A stretch of 64,000 bases of DNA from Eutreptiella sp. 'Long Island Sound 2002'. Lineage: Eukaryota; Protista; Euglenida. Shown one piece after another: positions 23,701 through 37,800 of this stretch. How positions within the stretch are numbered: position 1 is the first letter of the stretch; the number at the start of each line of letters is the position of its first letter. The notes beneath the pieces are model-generated. The model was not told where the DNA came from. It searched no databases and saw only the letters and a program-made list of their open reading frames with translations. Location: assembly GCA_964036045.1 (NCBI GenBank), contig OZ038378.1:5146001-5210000 (forward strand), given 5' to 3'. Made by a program: the position numbers and the translations under genes.

Positions 23701-26700
23701 GTGGACCAGTTTCATTGCGATCCGCCCACCTACCACCGGTCAAAAAGGAGGGGGTTGGGGGACGTCCCAACGTATGTACCTGAAAATCATTCCGACACCC
23801 CGGTGACCATGAAGAGACATCATGCGTTAGGGTAAAGAAAATGGGGGGGGGTTGAAAACTCATTTAGAGGATTGATGGAGTGAAATGACAAACAAACAAT
23901 GATCAGCAAAGATAGTGGAAATGATGAGGCACAGTGTGACCTGGAGGGTGGTCTTGTGCTGTGCACACACCGTGGCAATTATTAGTTTGACCACTAGTGA
24001 ACCATCCCAAGATGCACCAACCTACTATTGTACTTGAACGATGATAGATGATGTTGGTGCCGGGTACAACCCAAGACAAAGACATGTTGTTTAACAGTAA
24101 CATGTGTTTGAGGCCACCTTCGTGGGTGCTAAAGGTCCCTCTGGTCCCCAGATATACCCAAAGTGCACCGCAAAAGCGCCTGAATTGTTTTTGGCTGGGG
24201 CCAACCCCCCCCCCAAAAAAATTTCTGGTTTTCTTCCATCTACCCCCAAAGCCCAATTTGGATTGAGAGTTGCACCTTTCTGAGCGTAGTGTGTGTGCGC
24301 GCGCGCGCTGTATTGAAGTAATTGTTTGTTCTGCCTTCTGCTGAGGTTCAACCAGGTCTGATTTGGAGAACGAAGATGCACTCAGAGGGGCTCTTGCAGG
24401 ATTTCTTGGTCACCACTGGGCAACTGATTCAGGAGGTGGGTGGGGGTCGCATCTGTGGACCAGGCAGGCTCTCCTTGGGGACGCAGGTCATGGGGTAAGT
24501 AATTTACAAGGGCCTCAGAAAAAGCTGGGCTGTACCCCCAGCACATATACAAGTTGCAGGTCAGGTCCGACGGCATCAGGCAGGCAGAGAGAGTGTGGAC
24601 TCTGTGTAACACAGCCGTCCACGATGCTCTTGACTCAGGACAACAGACAGGGGGTGGGGGTGGGGGGCAATCATCAATGTCAAGATTGTGCAACCGAGCA
24701 GAAGGCTGCTCGCTGTGCATCCGCCTGGTCGTTTCTGTTTGAACAGGGGTTGCGGACACACATGCTGACGTCGCGCCCTTGTCTCACGTCGGCCCCTGTC
24801 TCCCAGACAGGAGATCCCATGGAGAATACCAGCGCGCCACTCCATAAGTCAAGTAATTCGGACAGGGGCCGAGGCTTTCCTTGTGGTCCAAACGCCTGAA
24901 TCCCTCAGACTGGAACTCACAGTGTCGGGCATGTGCTCTGGGGAGTTGTCGCGGGCGCTTTCTTTTGGTGGCGGTTGTGCTGCCCCCCAAGTTAGTCCCA
25001 GTCCCTTTTGGGGCCCTGAAAAGGCGGTCTCCTGAAGAGGACAACCGCACCATCGAGATGCCCCTGCCAGGGGGGGGGGTAAAATGAGTGAGCCACTCTC
25101 ATGGGCCAGACTGTTTCAGATGGGTCAGCACAGTTGGGCTGACGATCTGATCAGGTCCCGGTAATCAGGGTGGGCAGGGCAGGCGGGGAAGAGATTTCCA
25201 TATTCCATCCAACGACTCTTGTCTTTGCAATCAGACCCAATCGTGTTATGCCTTTCACTATGACAACGGCATTCGTGACCTGCAGTCAAGGCGCCAAGAG
25301 GCTCACTCTGTCCCCACTTATCCTGGTTTGCCTGCTTTGTATATCTGATATGTGTCGGGTCTGCTTTGGGAAAACCGATGACAGCCCCCTTTGGAAACCG
25401 CTATTTTTTTGGACCAAATTGGCAAAATTTTCGTTTGAGTGTACATCTTCCCCCCTTCTTGAGAAACACGGAGTTGTGCGCAACAGGACAATCCATGGCA
25501 ACAAATGCTGGTGCCACATGTGAATGAGCTGTGAGATCATGCTCACATATTCAGTCGAAGTCCAAGAATGCAGTTCTTGGCTTGTTCCCAGGACACGCCA
25601 TCCTCCACAACAAGGAGAGATCTGCGTGTGGGGCTGATCAGCAGAATGACCGTAGAAAAAACAAACACCCTGCAGAATGTAAATGGCAAATCATTTGCTG
25701 GTGGGCTGCCGACAATCTGTACAATTCAAATTTGGGACCGAATCGAAATCAGGTTCCAAAATGATATGGTCCGTACACCTACGGCACATTGCAAGTGCCG
25801 TACCTGGACATGGATTTACTGAGGTGAGGGACAAAGGAGAAGAACAAATAGGAGGAACGCCCTTCTGAAGGAAATGTCCAACTGCTTCCAAACACTTGCG
25901 AAGCGTCATCCATTGCGTGCCGGCTACAGTTCGCAAACATTGGCAGCCAAAAACACCAAACAACAAAAACCGGCGGACGATTTGGGATGAGAACACGAGG
26001 GAAGGCTGGAAAAATACGGTACATGCCGCGCCGCAAACGGAGGATAACCACCCACGGTGCATCCGCAGGTTGCTGCGTGGGCGTAAAATGCGGTAATGGC
26101 CACCCGGTCCAGAAAGGAATAACAGGAAAGCTGGGGTCCTGCGGACACCATGATCCTAGTCAGTCACACAGGACATATCACACGCTATTTGCCCACAACA
26201 TCCGGTATGTGTCCCCAAAAAACAAACGGGTAAATCATGCACTGCCCTGGACACACGCTATTTACAGAACTGCTCCCTTTGCTGCTGCTCACCGACAGCC
26301 TCAGACAGCCTGTCAGCACTGCAGCAGGCCGCACAATGCATGAGGGGGTTGGGATTGGGTCGGATAAGGGAAGCCTGAAAGACAGTGTACTTGTGGAATT
26401 GAGTGCTGCAGGGCGTGACGCAGTGGCAAACCCTCTTCCCACGCCGGATGCCCGCAGCAAAAGCCTACGACATACGAAGGGTAGAGCCTGTGCCTCGCAA
26501 AGAGCATTACCACACAACAGACAGGGACCACCCCCATCACGCGGGGGCATGTGGTAAAGAGCCGACATTGCATTGGTTGTGGCCTCACTTGCGCTTCACC
26601 CGCAATATGCGGCGGCGCCCTGGATCTGGGGGGCTGAACTGCTGCCCTTCAAGGGCATGGTTGGCCAGAAATGGGTCCTTCAGTAGGCGCTCAGCCGGCC

Positions 26701-29700
26701 AGCGATTTGCGGCGTTGGATACAAGACACCTGCAATGGAACCACGGATCAGCAGCACAGAGAGGCATGTCCCCATGTTGCGAGGCTCGGGCTGGGGCAAG
26801 AGCACCCAAGCATATCATGCACCCGCAGGGCACGGCACAAGGCAAAACGACAAAAATGACAATCTGCAGTCACTTTTGCCTTTGGCCTTTTGCCTGTCTC
26901 TCTGCATCATCTGCCTTTCTTATCTTTCATCTTTTTTTTCTTTTCCCCTCGCCTCTGCATTTCTTTTTTTCCTCTGCGTTTCCTCGCTGCAGTCGGGGTA
27001 GCCGCCCCACTGGCAGTACGGCTGGTTATCATTAAGGCAATGAGGAAACACTCTGCACAAAAGAATGACTACTTGTGGCGACATACAGACACTGGGGTAT
27101 GCATTGTCTTTGCTTACACGGCAGCTACAGGCACTGGCATGCCAGGGGCAGTTTTGGGGAGGTATTCGGGAGAAAAATTAGGGGGGGGGGGGGGGCACTG
27201 GCGGCCTTTGCCAAGAAACATAGGTAACACAACGACAAGGGATTCAGGTTTTCAGAAAACCAACAGTGAGAGCCTCAGCCCTCATCCAAAACTGACCAGA
27301 AGACAGGACGAAGACACGGACGGGGTGGTCACAGGGTGGGCTGGTCTCGAGTGTGTCAGCATCGGGCTGTGCCCAATCATGCGACGGATATCTGCCAGGA
27401 GTCAGAAGACAGTAAACACTGGAGACGCTGTGTCGTGCACAGGGCCCACCCATCAATGAGGGAGGGAGCGGGGGCATGCATTGCTTTCGGAAAGTTCAGG
27501 CTGCGATCCCGCGGCAACCCACCCAGAGCACTGCGAACCACCCTTCGACGTTGGGACTGATCCTGCCACCCAGTGCCAAATGCCCTGTCTCGCTCCCCAA
27601 GGACGCGCCGGCCACGCCACATGGTGCACGTGCAGGCATGGAGTGCATACACCCAGCACCTGCTCAGGAACGAAATGAACTCTCCGGGAGCAGTGCCGGC
27701 AGTACACATATCGGCTACGAAGGCGATCTCCTTGGGCAAAGTGGCATTGTGGTAGGACCCATCCTCAGGAACTGCGTCAGCCTGTGCAATTCAGCAAAGG
27801 GCACGGGCGGAGAGTGGGACATGAAGAGGTTCTGCCAGTGCTGTGCTCGAGTCACCACTCTCTTCTGGAGTTGGGCGCCCCACCATATCCCGCATCGCAC
27901 GCACGCGTGTTTCCCTCATAGGCCAAGGGGCCAGGCTGGTAGGCCGACATGAAGTTCTGGTGCCCAACCTCCCGTGTGTGCCCGCCCTATGCAATATGGC
28001 GATGGAGAGGGACGAGTCAGTCAGGCTGCCGCCCCATCCAGCACACTGCGCGCCGGGTGTGAACCGAAGGCACATGGGTGCACCTAGGCCTCCTGCCACC
28101 TAATGACCTCCACCAGGCGGATTGCTGCCCACGAGCGGGAGACTATGGAGAGGACCGTCAAGGGCTGCGTGTTGAGCAGCCCCAGCGGCCCCTTCTTGGG
28201 GATCAGCACCATATACCCCTCGGCTGGCAAGCATCAGACTAAAAATTCAAAATTCCTGGCATGCCAGCAGGGGCTGATAGGTGCAGAAATTGGGACCCTG
28301 GGACCAATCGCAAGCATCATCATCATACCAGGGCGCCTTCAAAAGCATGCATTCTTGAAGAGCAACATCAGGTGTACCTCAGAATTTGGTTGCGCAAGAT
28401 GTGCAAAAAAAAAACGCCAAAAAAGAAATAATTTTTGGTTGAACTAGCTGCGCAAAAATTGAAATTTGCCAAAAAAATTGCAAAAATAATTTTTTTTTCA
28501 AATTCTGGCTGTATGCGCAAAATTGTTGCATAAATAAAAATTCAAATCGGCCTTGCGCAAAAACGAGGGTTCCGCAAAATTTAAAACTTTGCATGGTAGT
28601 GGCCCATCAACCGCAAATGTGCAGACAGTCCCGAGCCTGTCTGTGGCCTTTCCTCTGCCGCTATGGGCGGCACGTGCGAGGGGCAGAGCCCATCATGGGG
28701 TGCAACGTACGGCGCGTGCTGGTGTGCATGCATCGCTTGGCCCTCGGCCTCGACGGCCGGAGCCTGGTGGAGCTTTCTCCCTCCCTGACCGCCTGCTTAA
28801 TTGGCCAGTGGATCCCCTCCGGGGGGGTACAACAGGTGGGGTGCTGGCCAACCCGGTTGGACCGGTCCTAGGGTCCCAATTTCGCACCTATCGGCCCCTG
28901 CCCTGTGGCCTTCAGCTGCAAAGCGGGCCACAGCAGTTTCATGGGGGATAGCTTGAAAAAATGATTGCAAGGTGAGCAGAGTGTCTGCAAAAGAAGAGGA
29001 AAACAGGGGCCCCCGTGCACAGAATTATTTAATTTTTGCGCACTTTTGCGCACCCTTTTACCGTTTCCGAGGCCTAGCCCTCAAAAATTGATTTATTTTT
29101 TTGGATTTTTTTTTTGCATAAACACACTTTGCGCACAGAATTAAATATGTCCGCAAATCTTTAGGGTTTGCACGTAGGCTGCCAGGCAGCCTACAAGACC
29201 CCATCCATTTCCCACAGGTCCCATCCGGCCTGACCAAGAATGACACCGGCGGCACCAAGGACTTGTCCTTCATTCACTTGTAGACCACCCCTAGTTCTTG
29301 GACTGGGACTCGTCCAACCACACGCGCTAGGCTTTGACCGCGCCGCTGTACTCGCGGCGTTGCACCGTGCACATTCTGCGCTGTAGTACAGTGCGGAGGC
29401 GATGGATGGCTACTAGCGGCACCATTTGGTCCCACGAGCACAGATCAGGAGGTCGGTATACTCTGAAAAACACACGAAGAGAGTGTAAAACGTGCTTTAA
29501 ATGGCATATTTGATCGTTGCGCATGGTGACACTATCAAACAGAATAGTTTGGAAATTTCGACTTTTGAGCTATTAGGGTCAAAAATCGAAAACTCTGACC
29601 CCATTTTTTGGATGCGGAATCATGAATTTTGGAATTTTTGCATTTTGAGCCAACAATTGTTTTGGACCCCCCACTATGGGGGGTTAGGCTTGGGCAGTAG

Positions 29701-30638
29701 GGGGTTTTAGTGCTCTTGCAGTTTTAGGCTGTTCAGTGGCACTTAAAAATTGTTGAAAATTTGACTTGTCCCAAAAACCTCTTGGCGGCTTTTGGGATGG
29801 TTTTGGGTTCTCATTTGATGCCAATATGGGTACCCTAGCACATAGGACCCACACGGCAGCCGCTAGGCCCATGTAGCCAGGGTCACCCCCCCCCCCCCAC
29901 CCCTGAAAGCACCAAAATTGCTGTTTGTGGGTTGTTCGGTGGCACTTGAAATTTTTTGACACTTTCCGAGGCTCCCAACCAGCTCATCCCTCTTGGCCAC
30001 CGTACTCCATAAGCGAGGGGGCAGTAATGGGGGGATGGGCTCCTGAACATTTGATTGGCCCACCACCCCAGCCCCTTGACCTCTGTACATAGGCCAAAGG
30101 ACATTGAAAGGAGATGTGCCTTGTTTGTGCGTTTTTCCGCCTGGGCAGAAGAGCACAACAACGCGCCACTTTTCATCGACGAATGGATAATTAGGATCAG
30201 CTTCACAGGCATATTCACGAAGGTCACATGGGCCCAACATACAGTTTGCAATTGCATTCCACGTTCCAACCTCGACGCTCCATGAATACAAATGTACACA
30301 ACCTACATCCATTCCACAACCCCTTCATAATGTTCAACAAGCGGTCGCGAGCAGGGTCCGTTCAAACACAGGTGTCAATGGACCAACCAGTCCACCGGCA
30401 CACAAGCAAGCCCGAAACGGCATCCCTGGAGCAACAAATAGTGGTGTGCGGCAATGAAGGGAAACCCTTGTGCCAGACCGGTATATTACAACCGAGTCAC
30501 ATTCTTCAGATGGCGAAACGAAGATCTGAACCACCGTCTCTCGGACTCGAGACCCCAACACTACACACCATCGCGACGACAAGCGTTCAACCACGACACG
30601 ACAAACACCTGTGCCGAACCATCCCTATCGTGTGTCAC

Positions 30639-31904
30639 TCAATCCGACAGCCCGAAGCGGATGACATGAATCGGCGTGTCCTTATCAGCGTATGGCCGAA
30701 CCCAACCCACGATCCAGATCCGCTTCCCTTTCCAAACTTGCGTGGCCTCAAAGACCGCTTCCTCCGTGGGCATGTCTGTCGGCGCCCCATGATCTTTGCG
30801 GATGCAACCCAACACCCGCTCGGTGCAGTAATGCCCTTCGAAAAGAGCATCCAACTCATGACTGGCCTCGTCTTGTACCAGCATCTGGAACCGCACCGCG
30901 AAGGTGGCCTGCACACCCTGCCCACAACCCCGGGCACAAGCTTGGTTCATCAAGCCAAACCTCTCCAGCCCCATGCAAAACCACGAGCTGCAACATGGGT
31001 ACACATGGATGGTGGAGTAATCTGCTGCCTCCATCACACGCGCTCCTCGAAGGAGCAAGGGCAAGAACACATCATCCTGGGCATCAACGCTGGGAAACAC
31101 CGTGTCCAACTTGACTCCGGCACCCACAAAGTACTGCTGCATCATGTCCTTGTCCGCCGCGCAATGTTCCTCCTCCGTACCATCATAGCCATCGGCGTGC
31201 ATTGGTCGCGCAACCACTTGTGCGTGCTCCTTGACCCTCCATCCTGCAACCGCCACCCCGCCGTAGGGGCCCTTAAACTCCATAGATAGACACCCGAGCC
31301 ACTCATTGTTCCCCTTCTTGAAATGCAGCGGCATCATTGTAAAGGGCAGACCGAGGCAGTACACTTGATCCCAAGTTCCGTATCGCGTCTTCGCTTTGTC
31401 GCCGCAAACGACGCCAGCGCCTTGACTATGAAGTTCCAAGATCACCCGTCATCCCGCTCTCCATGGGCATGCAAATGCCATCACCCACATTATCCGCAAG
31501 GAACACCATGGACGCATATTCCTTCGCCTCAGGCTCCTTTGCTCCAGCGAACCTATAGGCCAATGTACAATGCATCGCACCACAATGCGAACACGGCCAA
31601 GCAACCACGCTGACCCCGGCATGCTTCGGAGCCACCCAAACACACCACACATAATGATGCCAACCAAAAGCGCCACATACTTCAACTTCTTGGCGTCCGG
31701 TGCCCGGAACGTCGTGCGGGGCGGTCCAAATTTCACGATCTCCTTCTTGATGGAAACGTGCACCGGCGTCACAACCATGCGGCCAATGCCACGGAACCCG
31801 TCTTTCAGTTGCTGCGCAGTCACGACCTCACGGTCCTTGCAGCGTTCCACCTGCTCCGTCACGCTTCCGGTGTGTGGGCGGGCACGTGCCGCCACTGCCT
31901 GCAA
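30639..31904 (-). pseudogene. Unidentified ~420-codon frame broken by one stop, probably TE-derived
   Basis: ORFs 31449-31904 and 30639-31445 are in the same frame, separated by one TGA. Further fragments lie downstream (29863-30594). No recognisable motif. Confidence 0.3.
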
Positions 31905-33064
31905 TTGGGCTGGGGAATCAGCCGGCTACTGCCGCGCGGGGCACGAGGGACACAGGCGCCGGGACAGGTGCCCCCCCCCCCACCCACAGCGACGGGGCCG
32001 AGGCCGGCGGGTGCTGGCACCGGCGGCCCGCCAGGTGGGGGCAAGCGCGCTCTCGGCATGGCTGGGGAGGGCCAGACCGGCGCCCACAGCGCTGCCGGCG
32101 CCAGAGAGGCCCTCACAGTGTGCCCGAAGGCCAGAGCCGCGGCAGCTGGCCCGGCAGGCGCCCTCGCCCGACCGCGACGTGGTGCCCGCGTCCGGACGAG
32201 CGCGCAGAGCGAGCCCGCCGCGCCCGGCGGCAACAGATGACCCCCCCCCCTCCCCACAAGGGACAGCCGCCCTGGGGCTGCAGGGTGTTTTTTTGCAGCA
32301 TTTCGGCTGCCCTGCTGGCACAGGGGTGCAGGCGACCCCGCTCCCATTGCGACCCCGAACCCCCCCCCTTCCCCACTGTGGTCGCGCACTGTGCGCTGCC
32401 CTCGGTGCAGTGCATGCTGCACCCTGTTGTACACGGTGTGCGGCTTCCTGTGGTGCACTGTGTGCCGTGCTCTGTGCTGGCAGTGCACGCGCACTGTCGT
32501 GGTGCTGTGCGCTGTGCACTGCACATTGTGCTGCTGGTGCACCCTGGTGCCGTGCCCTGTCCGCTGTTCCCTGTGCCCTTGCACCCACCCCTGCCTGACC
32601 TGCCTGCCCTGCACCAACGAGCAGAGAGTACGGCACACAATGCACCACAGGCGACAGTGCACAGTTCACAGCGCGCAGTGCGCAGGGCCCAGGACGACCG
32701 GGGCCCCTGCGCCACGGCCGCCAGGCCACTCTGCTCTCTATGGGGCCGCCAGTGGCAGCCCCCCCGACGAGTCGCCCCCTTGGGGCGCCCGACGCCGTCG
32801 CGCCGGCGTCCCCTGGGGGTGTGTCCATGCCTAACCTGGCACACGGGAGGGCGAGCTCGGAAGAGACATAGTCTTGACCGACTCGTCCCTCTGTTCCGCC
32901 GTGCACCATAGGCGGAGGGCAATCAGCCCGGGAGGAGGGCGCAGAACTCCGAGATCGACCGTTCCCCCCAGCCCCTCGGCCTCTGTACATATGGACAGTA
33001 ATAGCGCAATATCTTGTTTGTGCGTTTTTCATCCCATTTGGCCATTCAATTGGCCTCCAGCCTT

Positions 33065-34806
33065 TCAACGGTTGGCTTTCCTGGGGGCTGGGGGCGTGCA
33101 CCACATTAACATGAGCAGCAACACATCCAGTATCTCAGTTCTAGCAGAGGCTGAAGTACCCAGAACACATTCTGAGGATTGCGTGCAATCAGTAGTCCTT
33201 GAAACACCCAAGAAGCATGCAACCACCGAGTTATGGCTTTGAGCAAGACTGGTGGAAGAGGATATTGCCATGCTCTGTGCAACAAAGAGGCATGACCAAA
33301 GCTGCCCAGAAAGGCTTCCACCACCCAGGAAACCCCATTGGCGCGTATGCCCTCCTGGGCTTTGGAAATTCCAGCAGCAGCACGGTTTTCCTTGTGCGTG
33401 TCCTGGACCCCGGGTGTAACCCACTCCATTGATGGGAGGGGAGTGGCAGAGGGCCACTGCATGCGAGGGTAGAGGGATACACTTCTCCCAGATCCACACA
33501 CCGGGATGAAGCACGACATCTCCATCACCCAACATGGCCCTTGGGGACAACGTCCCACAGCAAATCTACTCCTGCGGGGCACACCGATCAGCGGGTAGCG
33601 ATCACACACAGCTCACGAGGCACAGGCCGCTTCCACCACAAAGGCAACACGAGGAACAGAAAGAGATTCACACCATGATTGGTGCTGGTTCCTGCACTTT
33701 GTACCCCACCATCTCCAGCGCTGTAATCCCTACACTAAAGATGTCGCTGCGGTCGCTGAAGTGGCCAGATAATGATGCCGGGTCGGAGTAAGCGACAGTG
33801 CCTGCATATGGAGCCTCCAGTGGCTCCCCATGCCAGGGCAGACACGCACCAAAATCCACAAGCTTCAGACACTGAAATGGCAACAAACAAATGGTCTGCA
33901 TGAGGAGAGGGTTGTGCTTCACAAGCAGATAGGGGTGAGGGCGTATGGGGGGGGGGGTGGAAGAGTTGACAGGGCCAGCAAATGCGTTCTACAATGAGTC
34001 AGTGCCACCCACCACAACCTCTTGAATGGTTGTTGTGCAGCGGGGGGCATTGGAGAATTCCTTCCGTTTGGAGGTCCTGTGGCACTACAACGGATATTAC
34101 AGGTCCTGCATACGTTTTCGTGACGAGGGGAGAAGTGCCAGGGGCGAAGGCAAAGAGGGGGTTCAGGCTAAAGAAATGTTGAGATGGGTTAACCCTGCAG
34201 CCCCAGCAATGACGTGGCCGGGCCTGCAGATGTGGGCGCAGGTGCTGCTCTGCAGGCGGCAGCGTGGGACTTTACTGTCTTGCAATTTGCCATTGCAAAA
34301 GTGCGAAACTGGGCTGACCACGAATCTTGCAACTCCTGTTTTACAAACTGCAAGACGGGGGCGCACGTACAGAGGGTCCACTGACGGCCACATCGCTCAG
34401 CAACACTCTCTCCAAAATGCTCACACCTGCTCGTTCGAGTCGTACATGATGTTCGAAGGCTTGATATCACAGTGCAAGAGGCCCTGTGCGTGCACATACG
34501 CTGTGCCCCGGAGCACATCTCGGCATGCCAGCGCCACATTGGCACCCTTCAGGGCTCCGCTGAGCAGCAGATTGCTGAATTTGCCTCCAGCCAGGAAATT
34601 TGTAACCAGCAGGGCTTTAAATGGGGTGTCTGTGGACCGGTAGCCACCAACAAGGGCGACGACATTCGGGTGCTCCAATTTGCGCAAGGCGCGAAGCTCA
34701 ATCAACGCCTCTGAGAGGGCCACGGCATCGTCCACTAGGATGACTTTGATGGCCACTTTGCGGCCTTGCAGGTCGAAGGCAGAGTAAACGTCTCCAGAAG
34801 CACCGC
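33065..34806 (-). CDS. Ser/Thr protein kinase (non-RD, HCD). Exons 34806-34427, 33871-33710 and probably from 33565; first exon not located
   Basis: GASGDVY, VAIK, helix-C Glu (ALIEL), HCDIKPSN, DFG, GTVAY..P, SDIFSVG. GT-AG junctions in phase 0. The 3' exon (ICCGTL...) is tentative. Confidence 0.75.
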
Positions 34807-37800
34807 CTGAGAAGGAAAATGGAATTGAATTCACGCCTGGGCGTCACTCTCCACTTCACCCCCTCACTATGACTCACCAATGAACGCTTACTCCCCTCAA
34901 TCTGGCGCTTGTCGTTCATGCGATGAGTGCCACGGGCCACTCTCTCACACCCTAGGTCACATCTTGATGGCAAATCGGGACAACACCACGGCGGCGGGTG
35001 GAGGGCTGGTCACAGCGCATTTTGCTCTAACAATAGTACGTTGGTTGTTGTTGGCGGCGTTAGGGTGTTGTGGTTGAGACACTAACAAACACAAAGACGT
35101 GCACCTCCCACAAGCTGCCATTCGGTGAAGGCAACCGTAGCGTCCACTTGTGGCATTTCATCACATAATCCCTCAAGACCGTCTCCTTCGACAAGCTTGG
35201 CAGCCGGTGTGGATACCTCTGAACCAGAATGAAATGGAGCGGATATGTACCATAGAATGGATCCTCCGTGCGCGTACGACAAAGAGGCAACCATCTTAGT
35301 TGTACGTCAACCATGTGTAGAACATGCCGTAATCGCAGATGAAAGCAAGGCACCACACACAAGCAATCCGACCACATCTCTTCCGAGTGCACAAAGTGCG
35401 TCGAGAGACAAAAAACTCATCTACGTATGAACAATGTGGGTGTAACATCATATCATGTCATGCTTGTGTCACCAGCATCAATTTGGTGACCAGTGGGTAT
35501 TGGTATGTGTACCTAATGGGTCATTGGCAGAATTGGGGGTTAGGGACCACGGAGGGTGAGAAGAATGTACACATGAAACACACATGCATGCACAAGCCAA
35601 TTGGCACTACGGGCAACAAGAATGCCAAAAACGAAAGTGGGAGTCTTTGGTGTCTATTTGGCGATGTCTCATGGCATGGATATTACACCCCACTAATCCG
35701 CTTGATTTTTTGATGTATTCCACCAATGAACACATTTCGCCACAACATAGAAAGCAACACACCTGGGCTTTGAGGGAGCGAAAGTAATTCCATAACCGGA
35801 GTGTCCTCCACTTCGGAAACGGCCCCTATATCTTTGCGGCCTTCGTCGGGATCTCGGACGGAAAGCAACTCTGTGTGGTCAATGTGGGAAACGTGGGGAA
35901 AATTGCACGGCCTTTCGGAATTGGAAAGTGTCCACTATCATGGGGATTGTCCGGGTTATGGTATGTCACGGTACGTCACGGTAGTTGACAACCAGCCTCT
36001 TTTCCCATCAAAGCCACATTCATGTTGGGGAGGAGAGAGATTATGCTCCTTTTGCCACAATATGGGAAGAAAGAAACAAAAGCGAACGCAGAAGCGAGAA
36101 GCCGCGAAGCAAGATGAGAAACGGGTGGCCAAGCGTCGTGGCAAGCCTGCTTGGAACTACGCAGATGCCGCACACCAAAGTCTCTACAATGTGAGCAACT
36201 AGTTGGGGAAACATGGACTTGGTCCCCTTTTCGGTATGTGTATGTTTGCAAGGAGAGGGCCGCATTTTGAGAAGCGCGACTTGGAAGGATGAATATTGTG
36301 TGGCACGGCAACGCCAAACAAGAAGTAACGCCATGGCAATTAGCATGGCGGCTTCACTCTCTTGGGCTGGGGAAATCATGCGGTTGTTGGCTCTATAAGG
36401 TCAAGATACGTTAGGGTACGTCATGGCACGTGACGGTTATCGATCACCCCCATGGTGACGGGATAGACACTCATAATACTCAGAAAGTATCCCCCCAAAC
36501 TTGACCGGGGGGTTACCACAAGGCGGAGACCCCATTTCTGAACGCCACGACGGTTGACGCAGTGGCCATCGTCCTAGTGATGCGGCAGTAGCCGAGCACT
36601 GCATGTCGAACCCCTTCGAATGCACGGAGGCACTCCTTCTCCAGCCTCAACCTGCTCTAGTCCATCTGGTGCCCGTTTCGGCTTCGGTTTTTTGGCCCTT
36701 GGTCGGGATGGCCTATTCGGACCATTTGTATTTTTAGTTGTAGTTGCGTTTCAATTTGTTGAAATGTTGCCGAACAACACCAATTTCCAGGTCCTCCCCA
36801 ACCCCAGGAACCACTCTAGGGTGCAGTTGCATCCCAAGACGAGGGAGAACATTTGCAGGTGGAAAAAGGTGCAAGCCACGGCTCATCACATAATAGTTGT
36901 GTTGGTTCACAAGACAATTTTCTCATCTTGTTTTATTGGTTTTGAGCATACAGAAAGATCTTGTGGTATGCACACCTAGCTGGGAGTGACAAAGCGCAAA
37001 TACATAAATTGTCAAGTCACCTTGAGATATATGCGCTCGCATCAAGTATTTGTTAGAGCATGGACCATGCCGCACCTGGGCTTTGAGATTGTGGAATGAA
37101 CTCCGTGACAAGACTATCCGCAACTTCCGCACCATTTTTTGCATCATCACGTTCCTTCACGGGGGTTGGGTCATCAAGTGGCTTCTTCTCGTCCAAAGGT
37201 GGGAGTGTCGCAGAGGGGTCAACATCAACCACCTAATGCGAACGTGAGATCCCATGATATCCCATGAATCCCATGCCAGGAACGCAACACCCCCAAAACC
37301 GCCAACCCCGAATGGCAACTTGCAATGAATGCATCCACATGAAATGAAGGTATTGCATGTGTCAAATCTTGCATGAGCGACAACCTTTGGCACCTAGTCG
37401 ACCTTGAGATCATTGGGGGAGTGTGCCTACAAAAGTACGAAACATACCTCCCCACGGTTCACGGAGCAGCAATGCCCCATTGCACATGGAGGCTTATGGA
37501 GATCGTTTTAGATGCAGTCGAACGTTCACATGGGTTGTGTGATACACTGGAGAAGATATTTTATGCGGTTTCCAAATCCGATGCATGCAAGGTGGTACAA
37601 TGTCTGTTTGGGGGGCTCCGTGCCAACCGGGGTGTGCGAAAATAGCTGAAAGAGGGCTTGTGTCAAAAGGGAACATGTGACAAGCAGGCAACCCCGCTTT
37701 CGATGGCACGACAGTAGGGACTCAAATCAAATGCCCAAATATGACCCACATGCAATGTGAATTATTACAGATCGCAAAACCATGCACAAGCCGAAAATTG

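Noticed and set aside
31570-33104. Several overlapping 260-390 aa ORFs on both strands
   Set aside because: GC-rich, low-complexity (TGCAC/GTGC) sequence with no domain motifs.
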